This document shows positions 11,743 through 22,950 of a stretch of DNA of 64,000 nt, one piece after another. Within the stretch, counting starts at the first letter, position 1; every line of letters starts with the position of its first letter. The notes below the pieces were generated by a model. The model was given only the letters and a program-made list of their open reading frames with translations, was not told the origin of the DNA and ran no database searches. The DNA lies in assembly GCF_009834535.1 (NCBI RefSeq), contig NC_045696.1, positions 67,334,001 to 67,398,000 on the forward strand. Reading direction: 5' to 3'. Both the position numbers and the translations under genes were made by a program. This stretch comes from Camelus ferus. Lineage: Eukaryota.

Positions 11743-14340
11743 TTATTGTCATACAGGCCCTTGAGGCTCTGTTTTGTTTTCTTTTTTTCAGTTGGTCTGT
11801 TTTCTTTTTGTTGTTCGGATTAGGTGAATTCTCTCGATCATTCCTCAAGTTCACTGATTTCTATTCTCCATCACTCTCCTGCTCCTGTTGAGCTCATCTA
11901 ATAAAGCTTTTTTATGTCTTTTATTTTTCAGTTCCGTAATTTCCATTTACTTCTTTTTTGTAAACTCCATTTCTTTGCTGAAGTTTTCCATTTTGTTTGT
12001 TTGTTTCAAGAGAATTTGTAATTGATATTGAATCATTTTTGTGTGACTCTTTTCAAATCTTTGTCAAATAATTCCAACATCATATTCATCTCAGAGCTGG
12101 TGTCAGTTGATTGTCTCTCTCATACATGTTGTGATTCTTTTAATTCTAAGTACGATGAGTACTTTCTGTTGTATTCTAGACATTGTTTCTACTTTGGTAG
12201 GGAAATCTAGGACCTAATTACATTTTTTTATATTATCACTTTGTTTAGATTAAGCATGCTGGTAGGTTCTGCCCTACCTTTGGGGGCTGTAGTTCTAATG
12301 ATAGTGTAATTTGCACAGCACTTTCAATGTTACTTTTGTCTGTTTGTTTTATTTGTTTTATTTTATTGGGGCTTCTATTGGTCCCTACTAGTTTGCTGCC
12401 TGAGGCGGTAGAAGGATTTCACCAGACTGGTCCACTGAGTGTCTCCTGGTAGGAGAGGAGAGTTTCAGGCCTGTGGAGACCAAAAGGCTCTCCTGTCCAG
12501 GCACTTACAATAAGATCTCCCTACCCATGCTCCCCAGCTCCCCAGCGTCTCTGGGCAAGAAAGGGGAATCGTGGGTTCTCAGGTTCGAAGAGGCTCCCCA
12601 GGCCAGGTCTCTTCTTTTGGCTAAGTCTTTTTCCCTGGTTCCACCCACACACCCTGATGTGTCTGGGCAGGGGAAGAAATTCTTAAACCTAGCTAGAAAG
12701 CCCACTTCCTTCAGCTGCTCCAGATCAGTCGCTCTTGCTGGTGATGTCCAGCACACCTGATATTGTCAGAGAGACTCCTATTTAATCTAGAAAAGAAGAA
12801 GCCTACCTGGGCTGCCCTCTGTTGCCAGGTTGGAGGTCACAAAATTCTGGGTCTCCTTTTTCTGTTTTTGTGTGCTTGTTGGTGAGGAGAAGAATATATG
12901 GTATCTTGCCACTGTATTTTTCCTCCAGTCCTGGGATCCTAAACCAGTTTGCCTTTTTCATACCCCCTTTTAGAGTTCTCCTTTTGGTTGCCTCTTAAAT
13001 AATGTAAGAGGGTTTATACTTGTGTTTAGCAAAGAGGAATGAAATCTGTCTCATCTTGTCCAGGTGTCATTCTCTTTTCACCAATAGGCCAGCTTTAATC
13101 TCAGCTGGTCTCTTTCTTATAGAGCTTTGCTAGAGGCCACATTTAGCAAGTAGACTACAACATCATGAAAAGTATTGCATACTTCCCAGAGAAGTAAAAG
13201 AACTCTGTCTTTCATCCAACTCAGCCAGTTGTACATTTTTTTTTTCTTTTGGTCTGTCACTTGTAACATGTCACTTCCTGGATTAATTTCTATATCCCTT
13301 AGGACCATGACATGAGCAAAATAAATTGACTAACTAAATTTTTTTAAGAATTTTATTTCAGATCACTCATGGAATGGGAAAAAGTGAGAAGCATGAGAGG
13401 GAATCGGATTTGATAGGTCATAAACAGATGACCCCAGAAGTCTCAGTAGGAGAAACATCCTGAGAACCTCATCAGTCTCACTATTGAAATAAATTAACAA
13501 GGAAACATTTTTTGTTCCATTTTTGGGTTTTACTAATAAGACTCAAATTACAGGGAAAAAAGGGCTCCTCTGCCTACATTTATCATGGATCTATTTCTTG
13601 ATCAAAAGAAGGCAGAGCTCTCTGATTAACTGCCTTTCAAGGCTACACACGATGGAGGAAAGATAATTCCCCTAAAGAATTCTGCATGGCTCCATCAGCC
13701 CCTTACACTCAATAACTACTTCTCTAATTTGTAGTCTTCTTTTGGTTCATATCTAAATCCTGCCTTCACGTTTTCTTACCTAAAATAATACAGTCTTTGA
13801 ACTGATTGGTCTTGTCAAGATTCTTTACATCCCAAGTGATAGAAATCCAACTCAGTCTAGCACCATCATACAAATGAAAGTGTTAACTTCGGTAACCAGG
13901 AAGCTCACAGGGAAACCTCAGCCACGGCTGGATCTGGTGGTTCAGATGGAGTGACTGCAGCCCAGCCTCTCCTTCTCACCAACTCTCACCTCTCCTTGAC
14001 TCTTCTTCAAATGCAGGGTAAGATTGATTCCTTACCAAGATTTCATATTACAAGATCTTCATGACCTTCAAGACTTCTCAAGCCTTATCTCCTACATTTT
14101 GTGACTCTGACGTCAGGTACTGTCAACTCAGACTCCCCATATTCCACAAAGATACACCGCACCTGGAATATTTTTCTTATCCAACTCTTCTTGACCTACT
14201 TACTCCTCTGACCCTCTCCTTCCTGAAGCTGGAAAAACCTCCCTTCCTCCGTGCAGGCTTGTTAAATGCTCAGTTACTCTACATGCAATTAGCATATTGT
14301 CCAAATTTGTTCTTATATATTGTCCTAAGAAGAGGTAACA

Positions 14341-14580
14341 CATAAGAGCCTCTGGAACCAGACAGTCAAGGTTTGAATCCCAGCTACACAACAACTGGCT
14401 GTACAACCTTAGGTAAATTACATAACCTCTCTGTGTCTCAATTTCCTCATCTGTAAAATAAGCAATAATGTTTTCTCTGACACAGAGTTGTTGTATTTGA
14501 CTGAGTTTATTCATGTAGAGCACTTAAAACTATGTCTAGCACATAAAAAGTGCTCAGTAAATTTTATTCTTATTGCTATT
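14341..14580 (+). mobile_element. MIR SINE, near full length
   Basis: 'ggtttgaatcccagct...ccttaggtaaattacataacctctctgtgtctcaatttcctcatctgtaaaat...gcacttaaaactatgtctagcacataaaaagtgctcagtaaat'. Confidence 0.9.
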
Positions 14581-14604
14581 TCTGTCAGTGATCTTGTCTA
14601 CTGT

Positions 14605-14760
14605 TATTTTTTAAATTTATTTATTACTGTATTATTTAATTATTTTATTTGGTAGGGAGGTAATTAGGTTTACTTATTTTTAGAGGAGGTACTGGGGATT
14701 GAACTCAGGACCTCATGCATGCTAAGCATGCGCTCTACCACTTCAGCTATACTCTCCCCT
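14605..14760 (-). mobile_element. tRNA-Ala-derived SINE, camelid Vic-1-like
   Basis: Minus strand reads GGGGAGAGTATAGCTGAAGTGGTAGAGCGCATGCTTAGCATGCATGAGGTCCTGAGTTCAATCCCCAGTACCTCC. This shows Pol III box A and box B and an AGC anticodon-like loop, followed by a unique 'AAACCTAATTACCTCCC' segment and an A-rich tail. Candidate TSD ttcttattgctatt at 14567-14580 and 14763-14776. Confidence 0.88.
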
Positions 14761-14779
14761 CTTTCTTATTGCTATTGTT

Positions 14780-14955
14780 GAGAACTCCATATGTGCTAGA
14801 CACTTGGGACTATGTCATGTAATCCTCACAACAGTCCTGTGAATTAGATAACATCCTTATTCACATTTTGGATATTAGGAAACTGAGACTTGAAGAGATT
14901 AAATAACTTGCCCAAGATCACAGAGCTAGTAAGTGATGGAGCCAAAACTGGTCCA
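14780..14955 (-). mobile_element. MIR SINE
   Basis: 'taatcctcacaacagtcctgtga...aggaaactgagacttgaagagattaaataacttgcccaagatcacagagctagtaagtgatggagcc'. Confidence 0.9.
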
Positions 14956-17589
14956 TATCTGCCCTGAAACATCCTGATGATCTTGGAGTCTTGGTGCTGA
15001 TACTCAGAGGGGCAAAACTAGATATGCTCACAGAAGGTGTATTGTCTAAAGAAGACTTCCTCAGTCTGAGCTTGCTAAATCTTGCTTATGAACTGATCTC
15101 TGTACATACGAGTCTTTCTCAAAGCCTCTGAGTGTGTCTTCTAGTTAATACATTTTGAGGCCCATTTCACCAACTCAGCCTGACCAGCAAGAGCATAAAT
15201 CATCCATCTTTCCCCTAGCTTCATGGATAAAGATCGAATATGTGTTTTAAATATAGCTGTTGTAAGTTAGCCACATCCTGAGTAAATCACCTTTACAGAC
15301 ACCCTACTGTTTTCCCAAGAAAGTATCAGCTTTAAAAAAAAAAAAAAAAAAAAAACAGCATTAAGGATTATTTGCCTTAAAACAGTTTCATGACGTATAC
15401 CTTTCTTGGGGATCCTTATTTGTGGAGACTGTAAAAGGCTAATGGTACCTTAACCCTTCTAAATTCATTGATGCAGTAGGATGCTCTATGGGCCCCATAA
15501 TTGAATCAGTTACGTTGGGTGTTTGGTGCTATGCTAAAAAACAGCTAAGTTCTTCACCTTCTGCCTGTCAGTTGAAGCCAAACTACATTGTAGAGACTTG
15601 CTGTGTCCCAAGATTACACTCCTTGATCACACAGAAGGAGTTAAACTGGTTAGAGCTGGCCTCAAAGAGGGCAAAATATGTGGTGGTAAAAAGATCTTAG
15701 GATGCTAGGTTAAAACCTTGGCTCTAGCAAATATTTAAATCATTTGCCATCTTCAAGACCTCATTCTTCTTGTATGGGTTGTGTAGGCGAGGGTGTATTA
15801 GGTAATCTCTAAAGCCCCTTTCTGGGCAACCATCTATGGGTACTCACTGTCCAGGTAATGAGTAGCCCAAACCAAATGAGTTTCAATTACACTTTGGAGA
15901 TCCAGAAGAAATTCCTGACATACATATATTTTCTTGTTAATACCCACATAGAAATATGTACTGTGCTTCAGAAATGAGAATAACCCTCTCTTGTCTTCTA
16001 TCCGTAGATCAATTTCTTCTGGCATTTTATTTAATTTCTTTTTTCAGTGAAAGATATGTCCACAGTATTTCCTTGGGCCAAACAGGAGTGTGGTTGAAGA
16101 ATCTGCAGAAGGTGATGGGACTGTAGAAATGAGGCCACAAAATGTGTAAAAAGTGATCATGGCTCTGTAGGGAGCACATCCTCTTGCACGTGTCATCTTA
16201 TTATCATCTCTGATGATTTTCCTTCATTTTATTACCTTGTGTCTAGACAAAATAAAATTGCTGCAGGTTTACAAAATCATTTCCAGTCCCAAAATCTCTT
16301 TCATGGTCGAGCCCAGAGGGAATATTTTCTACTTTAATGATTGAGACCCAAAGAGCTATGGTACACCAGCAAGCCCCTCATGGCTGCAGCATACATCACG
16401 TGCTGGCAGCACAAACAGTAATAAGCCCGGGGCCTGGAACGCCACTGTGCTTGGAACATTTTTGGATTCACTCACTAATTCCCAAGGAATTTTTTCTTAC
16501 TCAGCCTGTACTATGCTCCCAGCAACTCCCCAATCCTAATGGACCTTAGAGAGTTTAAAGAAAGCATGATAGATGAGATGTCAGGCCATTAATTTAGCAA
16601 TGCTTCAAGGAGGAAGCAAGAGTGATTAATCCTTACTCTTCAAAAAGTATCCCTCTGGGTAGGGCGGGAGGGGGAATCTCAAGATGCTGTTGGAAGAGTA
16701 AAGAGTGAATGGGGGTAGAAAATCTCAGGCAGCTGAGACTATGTATCTTCTTCAGTATTCATGCGGCATTGATGCTTTCCAACAGTTCTGCCATCATTTT
16801 GATTAGTAGTCCAAGAAGGCGTAGCCCCAAAGGAATAGGTGTGAACAAGAATAAAAACTAAAAATTCCATCCTGGTCCAGGACTCTGCATTCAAGCTGTC
16901 CATCTGTCAGCACTGAGAGAATGTTTCAACCGTTTCAGTTAGGAATGTCTGGGCGCCATCATGTTCAAAATCCCATAGTAAGCTTCATCACGAAGTCAAC
17001 ATTATTCTTGATCTCAAGTAACTTGTAAACCAGCAGTAGATTTGGCACATGCATATAAATAATTATGATTCAAAGGAAATTATGTCATCACATAAGAAAG
17101 AGAGATTACTTCAACTGGAAGGAGGCTTGGTGCTCTAGTTGTTCATGTGCTCAACATTTACTGAGACCTATTTACTGGGCCCAGCCCTCTGCCGAGAAGG
17201 AGCTGCATTCGCACGAGGGAGAAAGGACAGCAATACCTCTGGTATTACCGCAGTGGGAGTGGGTGCAAAGTACCCTGCTTGGCCCCCTCTCCTTCTGGGT
17301 CCCACTTTCTCTAGGTCCCTCTAGTTGCTCCTGGGAATACGTCCTTAAAACTTTAATTCTTTAAAACTGAACTCTTGCCACTTAGTCTGCTTTGGGGATC
17401 CCAACCCAAGTAGGGAACATTAGAATGTTTTTAGAAAGAAGATGGGATGTGAGATGTTACCAGAGGTAAAGCAGTCTACTCCAGCAGCAATGTCTTTAGA
17501 CTAGGAGTGTGGAGATGTTATCCCACAGCTAATTGGAAACCTCAGAAAACACCTCCAGTTTCTGGCCTAAGTGTCCATACATAGAACTT

Positions 17590-20268
17590 ACTTTTTTTTT
17601 TATTTATTTATTTATTTTAAACTTTTTTATTGAGTTATAGTCATTTTACAATGTTGTATCAAATTCTAGTGTACAGCACAATTTTTCAGTTATACATGAA
17701 CATACAGACATTCATTGTCACGTACTCTTTCACTGTGGGCCACCACAAGATCCTGTATATATTTCCCTGTGCTACACAGTACAATCTTGTTTATCTTTTC
17801 TACATTTTGAAATACCAGTCTGTCCCTTCCCACTTCCCATTCCCCTGGCAACCACAAGTTTGTATTCTATGTCTATGAGTCTGTTTCTGTTTTGTATTTA
17901 TGGTTTTTTTTTTTTTTCAGATTCCACATATGAGCAATCTCATATGGTATTTTTCTCTCTTTATGGCTTACTTCACTTAGAACGACATTCTCCAGGAACA
18001 TCCATGTTGCTGCAAATGGCATTTTGTTGTCGGTTTTTATGGCTGAATAGTATTCCATTGTATAAATATACCACCTCTTCTTTATCCACTCATCTGTTGA
18101 TGGACGTTTAGGCTGTTTCCATGTCTTGGCTACTGTAAATAGTGCTGCTATGAACATTGGGGTGCAGGTGTCATTTTGAAGTAGGGTTCTTTCTAGATAT
18201 AAGCCCAGGAGCGGGTTTCCTGGGTCATACAGTAAGTCTATTCCTAGTCTTTTGAGGAATCTCCGTACTGTTTTCCACAGTGGCTGCACCAAACTGCATT
18301 CCCATCTCCACAGTCTCTCCAGCATTTGTCATTTGTGGACTTTCGAATGATGGCCATTCTGAATGGTGTGAGGTGATACCTCATTGTAGTTTTGATTTGC
18401 ATTTCTCTGATAATTAGTGATATTGAGCATTTTTTCATATGCCTATTGATTATTTGTATTTGTTCCTTGGAGAATTGCTTGTTTATGTCCTCTGCCCATT
18501 TTTGGATTGGGTTGTTGGTTTTTTTCCTATTAAGTCGTATAAGCTGCTTATATATTCTGGAGATCAAGCCTCTGTCGGTTTCATTTGCAAAAATTTTCTC
18601 CCATTCTGTAGGTTGTCATTTTGTTTTATTTATGGTTTCCTTTGCTGTGCAGAAGCTTGTAAGTTTAATTAGGTCCCATTTGTTTATTCTTGCTTTTATT
18701 TCTATTGCTTGAGTAGACTGCCCTAGGAGAGCATTTTTTGAGATGTATGTCAAATAATGTTTTGCCTATATTTTCTTCCAGGAGGCTTACTGTATCTTGT
18801 CTTATGTTTAAGTCTTTGACGCATTTTGAGTATATTTTTGTGTATGGTGTAAGGTAAGGGAGTGTTCTAGCTTCATGGCTTTACATGCTGCTGTCCAGTT
18901 TTCCCAACACCATTTGCTGAAGAGACTGTCTTTATTCCATCATTTATTCTTGTCTCCTTTGTCAAAGATTAGTTGACCAAAACCTTGTGGGTTCATTTCT
19001 GGGCTTTCTATTCTGCTTCGTTGGTCCACAGGTCTGTTTTTGTACCAATACCATGCTGTCTTGATTACTGTAGCTCTGTAGTATTGTCTGAAGTCTGGGG
19101 GAATCCTCCAGCCTCTTTCATTTTCTTAAGTAATGCTTTGGCAATTCTAGGTCTTTTGTGGTTCCATATAAATTTTATTATGATTTGTTCTAGTTCTGTG
19201 AAATATCGCCTGGGTAATTTGATAGGGGATTGCATTAAATCTGTAGATTACCTTTTGACAGTTAAATGGCAGTATGATCATTTTAACAATATTGATTCTT
19301 CCAATCCAGGAGCATGGGATATCTTTCCATTTTTTTAAGTCTTCTTTAATTTTCTTAATCAGTGTTTTATAGTTTTCTGTGTATAAGTCTGTCACCTCCT
19401 TGGTTAGATTTACTCCTAGGTATTTTTACTTTGGGTGCGATTTTAAAGGGGATTGTTTGTCTACTTTCTTTTTCTGTTGATTCATCATTAGTGTAAAGAA
19501 ATACAACTGATTTTTGAACGTTAATCTTCTAACCTACTACCTTGCTGAATTCTTTGATTATTTCTAGTAGTTTTTGTGTGGATCTTTTAGGGTTTTCTAT
19601 ATATAGTATCATGTCATCTGCATATAGTGACACTTTTACCTCTTCTTTTCCAATTTGGATCCCTTTTATTTCTCTCTTGCCTGATTGCTGTGGCTAGGAC
19701 TTCCAAGACTATGTTGAATAGGAGTAGTGATAGTGGGCATCCTTGTCTTGTCCCAGATTTTAGTGGGACACTTTTGGGTTTTTCACCATTGAGTACTATG
19801 TTGGTTGTAGGTTTGTCATATATAGCTTTTATGATATTGAGATATGTTCCCTCTATACCCACTTTGGTGAGAGTTTTTATCATAAATGGGTGTTGAATTT
19901 TATCAAAAGTTTTTTTCTGCATCTATTGAGATGATCATGAGGTTTTTGTCCTTTCTCTTGTTGATGTGATGTATTACATTGATTGATTTGCGTATGTTGA
20001 ACCACCCTTGTGTCCCTGGGGTGAACCCCACTGGGTCATGATGTATAACCTTCTTTATGTGCTGTTGGATTCTATTTGCTAGTATTTTGGTAAGGATTTT
20101 TGCATCTATATTCATCAGTGATATTGGTCTGTAATTCTACTTTTTGGTGGTGTCTTAGCCTGGTTTTGGTATCAGGATGATGGTGGCTTCATAGAATGAG
20201 TTTGGGAGTATTCCCTCTTTTTCAATCTTCTGGAAGAGTTTGAGAAGGACTGGTATGAGTTCTTCTTT
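17590..20268 (-). mobile_element. Young 5'-truncated L1 (about 2.7 kb: RT domain to 3' UTR and tail) with TSD
   Basis: Minus-strand ORF2 peptides: '[27 protein letters not shown]', '[13 protein letters not shown]...[22 protein letters not shown]', '[18 protein letters not shown]', 'CTPMFIAALFTVAKTWKQPK'. T-rich tail at about 17592-17628. TSD catacatagaactt (17576-17589) versus catatatagaacct (20269-20282). Multiple frameshifts. Confidence 0.96.
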
Positions 20269-21689
20269 CATATATAGAACCTTCAATTTGGTCCAGAGGA
20301 ACTATAAAACTAAATACAAGGTAAGACTTTATTTGAAAAGATGGTTTAGTTAGGGCAAATAGATATTTTTAAAAGAACACACATGCACACATGTCTCAGT
20401 AATACACATGTAAATCTCTTACTTTGATACTAATTTTTATAGTACCCTTCTCCATCTGGTTGGCCTTAACAGAAAGGGCTATATCTGTATTTTCAGGAAA
20501 AAAAAGTTAAATTAAATTAAAAAACTACCTGGATTCCAAGATCTGTCCCTGCCTTCAATAGTAGTTGTCCTTGTTCTGACACTTTTTTTCTTCCCTTCTG
20601 GGTTCAACAAAGACTCAGGCTTTTTGTATCAGTTTTTCTTTGTGGTGGTCTGAGGTGGTGGTGAGGGAGGCAGTTGAAAGTGTTGACTAACAACCATAAA
20701 ACAAAAATTGCCTTCCCCTGGGCAGCTTCTACCCCAGGGAGAGCAGAATGGAAAATATCTTGAATCTTCAAACATTTTTAGAGAAACCAGTAAATCTTTT
20801 CGAGAAGCTTTAAAAAACCCTGTTGTGATGTTTCTGTTACACAATCTTTGAATTTTCCCTCATTTCTCAGATGAATCATTCCCCTTTCACTGTATTTCCC
20901 TGCTGGGGTTTTGACTTAAAGAATTCCCTGCATAACAACTCCCCACAACTCAGGCCAGGAAAATTTTCCTAGATATTTCCCAGAGCAACAGCTAGCTCTG
21001 CCTCACATATTTAATCATCAGATCTTAGCAAGAGTCCTGCGAGGCAGACTTGATCATCAGCCTTCTGGGTCTGCACTGTGTTCTCTGAGTCCACACAGGT
21101 TGTGGGTAACTCAGTGTCCAAGAGCACCAGTGGACCCTGAAGTTAAATCTTGCTGTCACTGACCTAGAAGTGCAGTGCGCACACAAGAAACCATTGATCC
21201 CCAACCAAGACTTAACTAGGCTTTGGCCTCACTTTCCACAACTTGCTAGTCCCCACACACTGCCTCTTCCCAAGGCCCCAGGAGTCTGCTGATCCGTCTG
21301 CCAGTTCTGTTAGGGGAGCTGTGCCCTAGATGAGGCCCCACCCTCTCCAGATCCCGCCTCTCCGCCTGACTCTAGGCAGCACCTCCCAGCTGCTGGATTT
21401 TCCCTTACTGTCCCCCACCTTCTTCCTTAGCCTTCCCTTTCTGGATCCAGCCCCTGCTTGAGCTTGGTGTGGCTACTGGACCCTTGAATGCAAACCACAG
21501 CCTGCCCAAAGCAGCAGACAGGTTGACTCAGCCTCCAACCATTCAATCCCAAATGTGTCCCCTCCACTGCGGTCCGTGGTACTGTGATCCATATATACCC
21601 AGGAGCCCAACATGGTTTCAGCCATTCCTACAAATAGCATTTCACTCTGTGGATATACAATGTAATATTACTGACAATGATAGCGATGA

Positions 21690-21885
21690 AAATTCTACAG
21701 TTTGACAGATAGTTACTCTGTGCAGGCTCCTCTCCCATGCACTATACAAATATGTTCCCATTTTACAGATTAAGAACTGAGCTTTAGCAAGGTCAAGTCA
21801 TCTCTTCCAATATTACTACTAATAAATGACAGTCAAAACCGAATCCTGACATCTAATCCCAATATCTGTCCTCTTTTCCACTTAT
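21690..21885 (-). mobile_element. MIR fragment
   Basis: 'cccattttacagattaagaactgagctttagcaaggtcaagtcatct'. Confidence 0.7.
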
Positions 21886-22489
21886 ACTGCAAAATGTACA
21901 AATTCTGATCTTGCTACTTAGAAGAACATTTTGAGACTTCTACCCCTTCTTTCTCCTAGTGATGAATAGCAATTATACAAACGATTTGTCCATTCAGATG
22001 AAATGAAAAATCGGGCCTGGGCCTAGATGAATCTACTGTAATTCTTGCAATAGAATGCTAAGCGTTGGCAATTAGATTGCATTAGTGCTGAAAATATAAT
22101 CGTATGTGTTTGAGAAGCCCTTTAGCATTCTTAGAACTGAAATATCATATTTGCCATGCAGGATGTTTATCTTTACTGTAGTGCTTTAAAAATACAGATA
22201 CAAGTGTTGATTAAAAATAGACCTTAGCCAATGAAGGGCACGGTTAAATAAACTCACTAAGGGGACATTTCTGCTTATGCAAGATAAATTAGATCTTCCA
22301 GGGTAGCAGAGTTTTATTTGGTCATTTTCCAGGAATATTAATGAATACTCTGATTGCTTGGAAGAGTTCATTTTCTTCACCCAGGATGAGCATTACACTT
22401 TCAAAGAGCAATCACATTTTGACATAAAATATAATACTATGGCCCTTTTATGGTGTACTATTATAGGCTGAAATGAATGAACTCTAATC

Positions 22490-22950
22490 TTTTGTTCGGA
22501 TCACATTGTGCCCCTTCTCAAAAACAGCCAATGGCTCTCTTCACTTTCAACAGAAGTCCACAGATTCTGTCATTCTAGCTTCTTCCCAAGAAGACCACCA
22601 GCTGACAGATTTAAATTTCTCCTCCACCTCCTGCCTCCCAGACCACAGCTCCTTTCTACACACAGTGGTTCCTTCCTGCCTTTGCTCTGCCTTTCTTAAC
22701 CTGGGTATCCTCTCCTACTCTTCACCATCGTTTCATATGGAAAACATACCTGTCCTTCAAGGCTCAATTCGGATTCCTTCTTTTTCATGATGTCCCACCT
22801 AATCTTGCCAGCTCCGAAGTCTCTGTGATACTTGTCTCTTTCTTATAGGACAGGTCGTAGGCTCCCTTGTATTTCTTAGCTTATGTACATCTCCTCCTTT
22901 TTACTGGTAATTCTTTGAGGAGGTGGACTGATTTTAGACATCAAGATTCA
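22490..22950 (+). mobile_element. L2 3' fragment
   Basis: 'gatcacattgtgccccttctcaaaaacagccaatggctc...cctgtccttcaaggctcaattc'. Confidence 0.6.

Larger units (their letters stand above)
9020..13060 (-). mobile_element. Old L1 (L1MC/MD-like) composite: ORF2 pieces, ORF1 and 5' region, interrupted by nested elements
   Basis: T-rich + strand. ORF1-like minus-strand peptides ('RQIIIKLLETKNK', 'IIRVPEKRKRE'). GC-richer 5' UTR-like segment at about 12400-13060. Confidence 0.8.

Noticed and set aside
14685..14760. tRNA-Ala(AGC) gene
   Set aside because: It is followed by a SINE-specific segment and an A-rich tail with a candidate TSD, and the D-stem is mismatched, so it is a tRNA-derived SINE.
17873..20115. 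Reverse-transcriptase ORFs as a functional gene or novel retro-system
   Set aside because: These are frameshifted fragments of a 5'-truncated L1 ORF2 with a deletion near 18305, no endonuclease, no ORF1 and no promoter.
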